Shown here piece after piece: positions 58,172 through 64,000 of a stretch of DNA of 64,000 nt. Numbering within the stretch: the stretch's first letter is position 1; the number at the start of each line of letters is the position of its first letter. The DNA is from an uncultured bacterium (lineage in GTDB: Bacteria > Nitrospirota > JACRHL01). The translations under genes and the position numbers were made by a program. Below the pieces are notes generated by a model. The model had not been told where the DNA came from. It made no database searches and worked only from the letters and a program-made list of their open reading frames with translations. Where the stretch lies: the NCBI GenBank assembly GCA_965371175.1, contig CBDUXI010000003.1, positions 20,493 through 84,492 of the forward strand, in the 5' to 3' direction.

Positions 58172-60586
58172 ATGAGCGAACTTCCCACGCCGTTACAGGA
58201 GTTGATCGGCCCGCTCACCTTTGCCACAAAAGAGGGTGCCCCCATCGAGCGAATTGGCGGTCTTTCCGCCCTGATTACCGATCGGGTGAGCGCCTGGCGT
58301 GAGGGATTGCCGGACGGCTCCCCCTTAAGTGCACAGGCAGATGCGTGGCTTTCCGGGCTTGCCCGGTACGACCGGTTGCCTCCGGCGGAACGGAAAGTGC
58401 GCCTGAAAACCGTGCTGGCAGGTCTTTCCGCTCTGGGTGAAAAAAAGGTTACCCCAACGCCCGTAGCGACGCGTCCGGTAGCTAAAAAAAACAGTCGATC
58501 CGACGATCTCACTTTCGAGTCCAGCGTGGATGCGCTGCCGGGGGTGGGTGCAAAACGGGTGGAGCAGCTTGCCCGGCTGGGCATTGCCACCGTGGGCGAT
58601 CTGCTGTTGCACCTGCCTGTGCGCTATGAAGATCGCAGCCAGATCACTCCCATTTGCGCCGTGACCCCCGGCACCGTGGTGACCGTGCGGGGCAAGGTGG
58701 TGGAGACAAAACTGAAAACCACCGCCCGGCGGCGGATGAAAATATTTGAAGCCGCCGTGGCCGATACGGCGGGGCTGGGGGGCATGCTGGTGGCCCGCTG
58801 GTTCAACCAGCCGCACCTTGCCCGGCAGGTGAGAGCCGACACCGAATATGTGATGACCGGCAAGGTGGGATACGACCGGGGGGGCACCGGACTGGTGCTG
58901 GAAAACCCGGAATTTGAGCCGTTGGAGGCGGGTGCGGACGGTATTCATACCGGTCGGGTGGTGCCGATTTATCCGCAGACCGAAGGGCTTTCTTCCCGGC
59001 AAATGCGCCGCTGGGTGGCCGTAGCGCTATCCCGTATCGAGGTGCCCGACCCGCTGCCGGAATCGTTACGCAACCGGCTGGGTTTACCGGCACGGCATCC
59101 GGCGCTGGTGATGGTGCACCGACCGGAAAAAATGGACGAGATACAAGCCGGTACCCGCAGGCTGGCGTTTGAGGAATTTCTATTTTTGCAGGTGGGGCTG
59201 GCGGTCAAAAAAAGAAAAGCGGCAAAACGCCACACCCGCGCCATCTTTCGTAATCGGCCCGGCGCGCTGGAGCGGGCCTTGATGGCCCGCCTGCCGTTTG
59301 ATTTGACCCCGGCACAAAAAAGGGTGGTGGCGCAGATTACCGCCGACCTGTCCCGACCGACGCCCATGCACCGGCTGCTCCAGGGAGACGTGGGCTGCGG
59401 CAAGACGGTGGTGGCGCTCATTGCGCTGCTGCGGGCTGTGGACAACGGCTGGCAGGGAGCCATCATGGCCCCCACCGAGGTGCTGGCGGCCCAGCATTTT
59501 AAAAAAATGCAGGCCCAGCTTTCCGGCATGGACGTGCCCATGGCGTTGTTGGTGAGCGGGGCGAAGGCCAAGGCGAAAACCGTAAGCGCCATTGCCGATG
59601 GCCGGGTGCGTATCGTGGTGGGCACCCAGGCGCTGATCCAGCAAAAGGTGGCGTTCCACAAACTGGGGCTGGTGGTGGTGGACGAGCAGCACCGCTTCGG
59701 CGTGCGCCAGCGGGCACTGATTGGTGCCAAGGGGGATGCCCCCCACACCCTCATCATGACTGCCACGCCCATCCCCCGCAGTCTGGCCATGACCGTATAT
59801 GGCGATCTGGACCTGTCGGTGATCGATGCCCCGCCGCCGGGGCGGGCGCCCATCGATACGCGCCTGGTTTACGAAAACCGCCGGGATGTGGTTTATGCGG
59901 CGGTCAAAAAAGAAGTGGAGGCCGGGCGCCAGGCCTATGTGGTGCACCCGCTGGTGGAAGAATCCGAAAAGCTGGACCTGCGCGCCGCCACCAATGCACT
60001 GGAAGAACTGGCTGCCGGACCGCTTGCCGGGGTGTCCATGGGGCTGCTACATGGGCGCATGACCAGTGACGAAAAGGCGCAGGTGATGGAAAAATTTGCC
60101 AGCGGAGAAATACAGGTGCTGGTCACCACCACGGTGGTGGAGGTGGGGGTGGATGTGGCTGCCGCCACCATCATGGTGGTGGAGCACGCGGAGCGGTTCG
60201 GGCTGGCCCAGTTGCATCAATTGCGCGGGCGGGTCGGGCGCGGCGGTTTTGCCGGGCGCTGCTTTCTGGTGGCATCCCACGCGGTATCCACAGACGGCAA
60301 GGCGCGGCTGAAGGCCATTGTGGAGAGCACGGACGGGTTCAAAATCGCCGAGCGCGATCTGGAAATTCGCGGCCCCGGCGAGCTGTTCGGCCAGCGTCAA
60401 TCCGGGGTGCCGGAGTTGCGCGTGGCCAATCTGATCCGGGACGCCGCCCTGCTTTCTGTAGCCAGAGAGGCGGCGCGGGAGGTGCTGGAGGCCGACCCGG
60501 ACTTGAGTCAGCCTGCACACCGGCTGCTCAAGGCCACCGTGGTCGGAATGTGGCGGCATCATCTGAAGTGGGGCGCGGTGGGATAG
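58172..60586 (+). CDS. recG: ATP-dependent DNA helicase RecG
   Basis: N-terminal wedge domain, then SF2 helicase motifs (GDVGCGKT, DEQHRFG, TATPIPRS). Confidence 0.9.
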   Translation: MSELPTPLQELIGPLTFATKEGAPIERIGGLSALITDRVSAWREGLPDGSPLSAQADAWLSGLARYDRLPPAERKVRLKTVLAGLSALGEKKVTPTPVATRPVAKKNSRSDDLTFESSVDALPGVGAKRVEQLARLGIATVGDLLLHLPVRYEDRSQITPICAVTPGTVVTVRGKVVETKLKTTARRRMKIFEAAVADTAGLGGMLVARWFNQPHLARQVRADTEYVMTGKVGYDRGGTGLVLENPEFEPLEAGADGIHTGRVVPIYPQTEGLSSRQMRRWVAVALSRIEVPDPLPESLRNRLGLPARHPALVMVHRPEKMDEIQAGTRRLAFEEFLFLQVGLAVKKRKAAKRHTRAIFRNRPGALERALMARLPFDLTPAQKRVVAQITADLSRPTPMHRLLQGDVGCGKTVVALIALLRAVDNGWQGAIMAPTEVLAAQHFKKMQAQLSGMDVPMALLVSGAKAKAKTVSAIADGRVRIVVGTQALIQQKVAFHKLGLVVVDEQHRFGVRQRALIGAKGDAPHTLIMTATPIPRSLAMTVYGDLDLSVIDAPPPGRAPIDTRLVYENRRDVVYAAVKKEVEAGRQAYVVHPLVEESEKLDLRAATNALEELAAGPLAGVSMGLLHGRMTSDEKAQVMEKFASGEIQVLVTTTVVEVGVDVAAATIMVVEHAERFGLAQLHQLRGRVGRGGFAGRCFLVASHAVSTDGKARLKAIVESTDGFKIAERDLEIRGPGELFGQRQSGVPELRVANLIRDAALLSVAREAAREVLEADPDLSQPAHRLLKATVVGMWRHHLKWGAVG

Positions 60587-60630
60587 CCCCCCGTGGATTT
60601 TTTCTGCCGTCATGTCGTAGGATGACACCC

Positions 60631-61200
60631 ATGGGCAACCGTTTACGCACATGGGCTATTGCCACCAGCCTGCTGTTTGGCATGGTCGGGTGTACCGCCC
60701 TTCTGCCCGTGCCGGATTCGTCGGACATGCTGACGGACGACAAGCACGGCATTACCCGGCAGGTGGGGGAGCTTACCGCCACCGTGCGGGTGACAGGGTG
60801 GCGACCGGAGCCGTTGTACCGGCTGGAGCAACTGGTGACCCCGTTGTATGTGGAACTTCGAAACAACGGCACCACCCCGGTGCTGTTTGACCTGAAAAAC
60901 ATCGTATTGGTGGATGATGAGGGCACCCTCTACCGCCCGGTGCCGCCTGCGCGCCTGGAAGGCATGCTGTCCGGCCCCAGCGCACCTCCCGTGGGGCCGG
61001 GGGTCCAACTGGACCCATCTTTGTATCCGTACGATACCGACTTTGCCGCCACCCTGGGGGCACTTACCTCCGGCCCGGTGGAGCCCGGCACCCAGATACG
61101 CGGCGCGGTCTATTTTCAGCGAGCGGTGGCCGCCCGGGAACTGACGCTCAGACTCACGGTGGGGGAAGATACCCAGTCGTTCCGCTTCCGTGTCCGCTAA
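60631..61200 (+). CDS. Hypothetical lipoprotein
   Basis: Signal peptide with a lipobox (FGMVGC). No family assignment. Alternative start at 60622. Confidence 0.4.
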   Translation: MGNRLRTWAIATSLLFGMVGCTALLPVPDSSDMLTDDKHGITRQVGELTATVRVTGWRPEPLYRLEQLVTPLYVELRNNGTTPVLFDLKNIVLVDDEGTLYRPVPPARLEGMLSGPSAPPVGPGVQLDPSLYPYDTDFAATLGALTSGPVEPGTQIRGAVYFQRAVAARELTLRLTVGEDTQSFRFRVR

Positions 61201-62155
61201 CCTGATTTCTCTTACAAGCGCCCGCCGCAAGCGTCTGGCTTCGGTGGATGTGGGCACCAACACCCTGCGCTATCTGGTGGCCGAAGTGGATCAGGACCAC
61301 CGCATTACCGAACAGACCAGCGGCCGGAAAATGACCCGGTTGGGAGAAGGCATCATCGACACCGGACGCCTGTCCGATGCGGCCATGGACCGCTCTTTGA
61401 CGGCACTTTCCACATTTGCCGAAGCCATCAAAAAAGCGGCCCCGGACGAGATGCTGGCGGTGGCCACCAGCGCCGTGCGCGAGGCCCAAAACGGGGCGGA
61501 ATTTGTGCAGCGGGTGCGCGCGGAGACGGGGCTTGAGCTGACCGTGATCAACGGCGGCGAAGAGGCGCGGCTTACGGCCATCGGTGCCGCCTCGGTGCTT
61601 GCCGGTGACCGGAGTAATCTGCTGATTGTGGATATCGGTGGCGGCAGTACCGAGTTTGTTCACATGACGGGCGGGGAGCAGGTGGGTACGGTATCCATCC
61701 CGCTGGGGGTGGTGACCGCCACCGAACGCCACGTAAAGCACGACCCGCCCCGGCAACATGAGATGTACGATCTGGATGAAGACGTGCGCACCCACATCGA
61801 CCGGGTGCGAAAGGCGCTGGGCAACGTGGGGGCGGTACGGCTGGTAGCCACCGCCGGTACCCCCACCACCCTGGCGGCCATGGATCAGGAAATGGCCGTG
61901 TACGACCCGGACCGCATCAACAATCACGTCATGACCCTGGGCCGGGTGGAGGAACTGTTCGACCAGATTGCCACCGTGTCCATCGCCAAACGCAGCCGCA
62001 TGACCGGCATTGATCCGGGCCGGGAAGAGCTATTGGTGGCAGGCAGTGCCATTTTGCTGCGCATCATGCACGACTGGCAGTTCGGCGTGGTGACGGTAAG
62101 CGATTTTGGCCTGCGGGAAGGGGTCTTGATCGATTTGTATGAGCGGTCAGACTAG
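61190..62155 (+). CDS. ppx: Ppx/GppA-family phosphatase (exopolyphosphatase / pppGpp phosphohydrolase)
   Basis: ASVDVGTNTLRYLVAEV...DIGGGSTE fits the ASKHA-fold Ppx/GppA pattern. Confidence 0.8.
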   Translation: MSANLISLTSARRKRLASVDVGTNTLRYLVAEVDQDHRITEQTSGRKMTRLGEGIIDTGRLSDAAMDRSLTALSTFAEAIKKAAPDEMLAVATSAVREAQNGAEFVQRVRAETGLELTVINGGEEARLTAIGAASVLAGDRSNLLIVDIGGGSTEFVHMTGGEQVGTVSIPLGVVTATERHVKHDPPRQHEMYDLDEDVRTHIDRVRKALGNVGAVRLVATAGTPTTLAAMDQEMAVYDPDRINNHVMTLGRVEELFDQIATVSIAKRSRMTGIDPGREELLVAGSAILLRIMHDWQFGVVTVSDFGLREGVLIDLYERSD

Positions 62156-62200
62156 GCTGAGACTTGTTTGAACGGGCGGGCGACTAGCGCCGGGCCGGTT

Positions 62201-63595
62201 TTATAACGCCTTCACAATCTGCTCGGCAATGTGCTTGGCGTCGCCGAACAGCATCAGGGTGTTGTCTTCATAGAACAGCGGATTGTCGATGCCCGCATAG
62301 CCGGGGGACAGGCTGCGTTTGACCACCATGACGGTTTTGGCCTTGTCCGCATCCAGAATCGGCATGCCGTAGATGGGGCTGGACGGATCGGTGCGGGCGA
62401 CGGGGTTCACCACGTCGTTGGCACCGATGACGATGGCCACGTCGGTGTCTCTGAACTCCCGGTTGATCTCGTCCAGCTCAAACACCATGTCGTACGGCAC
62501 TTCGGCTTCGGCCAGCAGCACGTTCATGTGGCCGGGCATGCGGCCCGCCACCGGGTGAATGGCAAAACGCACCTGCACCCCGGCCTCGGTCAACAGGTCG
62601 GTCATCTCCTTCACCGCGTGCTGGGCACGCCCCACAGCCATGCCGTAACCGGGCACGATAATCACGTTGCGAGAATTTTTCATCAAAAACGCCGCATCTT
62701 CCGGGCTGCCCGCCTTGGCCCCCTTGTTTGCCGCCTGCTGGGCGGGAGAGCCGCCTCCGTCTGCCGTGCCAAAGCCGCCGAACAGCACGTTCCAGATGGA
62801 GCGGTTCATGGCCTTGCACATGATGTAACTCAGGATCGCACCGGACGATCCCACCAGTGCGCCGGTGATAATCAGCAGGTTGTTGCCCAGGGTAAAGCCG
62901 ATGCCCGCCGCCGCCCACCCGGAGTAGGAGTTCAGCATGGAAACCACCACCGGCATGTCGGCGCCGCCAATGGGCACAATCAACAAAACCCCCAGCGCCA
63001 GGGCAATGCCGATGACCAGCAGGAACAGGCCCAGCGATTGCTGCATGCAGAACTGCACGCTGAACACCACCATGCCAACGCCCAGAGCGGCGTTTAAAAA
63101 ATGCTGCCCGGGGAACGACAGCGGGGCGCTGGAGATGGACCCCTGCAATTTGCCGAAAGCGATGATCGAGCCGGTGAAGGTGATGGCTCCGATAAATGCG
63201 CCGATGACCATTTCGATCAGACTGACCGTGGAAATGCTGCCGTTGGTCACGGCAATGCCGTACTCGGCCGGATCCAGATACGCCGCCACGGCGATCAGCA
63301 CGGCGGCCAGCCCCACCAGAGAGTGCATGGCCGCCACCAGTTCGGGCATGGAGGTCATGGCGATGCGTCTGGCGATCACCCCGCCAATGACGCCGCCCAC
63401 GACAATGGCGCCAATGATGAGCCCATAGTTTTGCACTCCCTGTGCAAGCAGGGTGGTGACGATGGCGATGGCCATGCCAACGATGGCCATCTTGTTGCCC
63501 CGACGGGCCGATTCGGGCGAGGAAAGCCCCTTCAGCGCCAGAATAAACAGCACCGATGCGATCAGATAGGCCAGGCTTGTTGCGTTTTCCGTCAC
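62201..63595 (-). CDS. pntB: NAD(P) transhydrogenase subunit beta
   Basis: Polytopic N-terminal domain plus a C-terminal NADP(H)-binding dIII domain (GYGMAV). 464 aa. Confidence 0.9.
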   Translation of the reverse strand: MTENATSLAYLIASVLFILALKGLSSPESARRGNKMAIVGMAIAIVTTLLAQGVQNYGLIIGAIVVGGVIGGVIARRIAMTSMPELVAAMHSLVGLAAVLIAVAAYLDPAEYGIAVTNGSISTVSLIEMVIGAFIGAITFTGSIIAFGKLQGSISSAPLSFPGQHFLNAALGVGMVVFSVQFCMQQSLGLFLLVIGIALALGVLLIVPIGGADMPVVVSMLNSYSGWAAAGIGFTLGNNLLIITGALVGSSGAILSYIMCKAMNRSIWNVLFGGFGTADGGGSPAQQAANKGAKAGSPEDAAFLMKNSRNVIIVPGYGMAVGRAQHAVKEMTDLLTEAGVQVRFAIHPVAGRMPGHMNVLLAEAEVPYDMVFELDEINREFRDTDVAIVIGANDVVNPVARTDPSSPIYGMPILDADKAKTVMVVKRSLSPGYAGIDNPLFYEDNTLMLFGDAKHIAEQIVKAL

Positions 63596-63616
63596 GAACG
63601 TAGACTCCCAGTACCG

Positions 63617-63967
63617 CTACTTTTTCTTCTTGAACATTTCCAGCATGCGCTGGGTAACCATGAACCCGCCAAACAGGTTGACGCTGGCAAGCAAAATGGC
63701 GATCAGTCCCAACCCGGTGGAAAGGGACATCTCTACCGGTCCCGCAGCTAAAATTGCGCCGACGATAATGACCGCGCTGATGGCGTTGGTGACGCTCATC
63801 AGCGGCGTGTGCAGGGCCGGGGTGACCTTCCAGATCACGTGGTATCCCACAAACACCGCCAGCACGAACACCGTAAGCGCCGTCACAAACGGGGTGTCAT
63901 GACCCCCGGCTCCGGCGGCACTCTGGGCTAAATTTCGGGCCGTATCGATTGCGCTTTGGGCCGACAT
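63617..63967 (-). CDS. pntAB: NAD(P) transhydrogenase alpha subunit part 2 (membrane dII segment)
   Basis: 116-aa membrane protein matching the small PntA2 subunit. AAGGAGA ribosome-binding site upstream. The pntAA gene would lie beyond the window end. Confidence 0.8.
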   Translation of the reverse strand: MSAQSAIDTARNLAQSAAGAGGHDTPFVTALTVFVLAVFVGYHVIWKVTPALHTPLMSVTNAISAVIIVGAILAAGPVEMSLSTGLGLIAILLASVNLFGGFMVTQRMLEMFKKKK

Positions 63968-64000
63968 GGCTATTTCTCCTTGCCCTTTTTTTCGGTAAAC

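Noticed and set aside
1-64000. CRISPR arrays, transposases, integrases or prophage genes
   Set aside because: No regularly spaced direct repeats and no ORFs with transposase or integrase motifs were seen. The only repeat structures are the 115-bp tandem at 4785-5019 and short slippage duplications.

Overview
This 64-kb window has about 65% GC and is densely coding. Most of it is housekeeping core genome; a few regions are more unusual. Gene order and several features (leuS-lptE-holA, rpsT next to murJ, an OprO/P-type porin, CheB plus a FliA-family sigma factor, copA, pntAB) suggest a Gram-negative genome, possibly proteobacterial, but I cannot name the organism.

The most striking feature is a complete Pup-proteasome operon on the + strand at 12457-18776. 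Its genes run mpa/arc, dop, pup, prcB, prcA, pafA, with overlapping or near-touching junctions. The Pup ORF ends in GGQ and Mpa ends in HYL rather than the canonical GQYL. This system is well described in Actinobacteria and rare elsewhere, so it is not new, but its presence in this context is noteworthy.

Other contents:
- Dispersed thiamine genes: thiL, thiS-thiG-thiE (the ThiS ORF runs 14 codons past its Gly-Gly end), and thiO.
- A sucrose module (sucrose synthase, fused sucrose-phosphate synthase/phosphatase, fructokinase) with an aldo/keto reductase.
- A tRNA-Met (CAT), bioB, a SplB-like radical-SAM protein, ygfZ and moeA.
- A fadA/fadB-like beta-oxidation pair, recG, ppx and rpmB.

Candidates for uncharacterised biology:
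- A STAND (NB-ARC P-loop plus TPR) NTPase with no N-terminal effector domain, divergent from a 76-aa ORF with a strong ribosome-binding site, and followed by a 115-bp imperfect tandem repeat ending in an ATTCCC-N8-GGGAAT palindrome (2232-5050).
- The conserved but unstudied UPF0210/UPF0237 (ACT) gene pair.
- A lower-GC islet with an orphan ORF next to cheB and fliA.
- Two short hydrophobic ORFs in the AT-rich copA upstream region, next to a TerB-like gene and a PAS-LuxR regulator.

I saw no CRISPR array and no clear transposase or integrase. Many long antisense ORFs in the six-frame track are high-GC artefacts.
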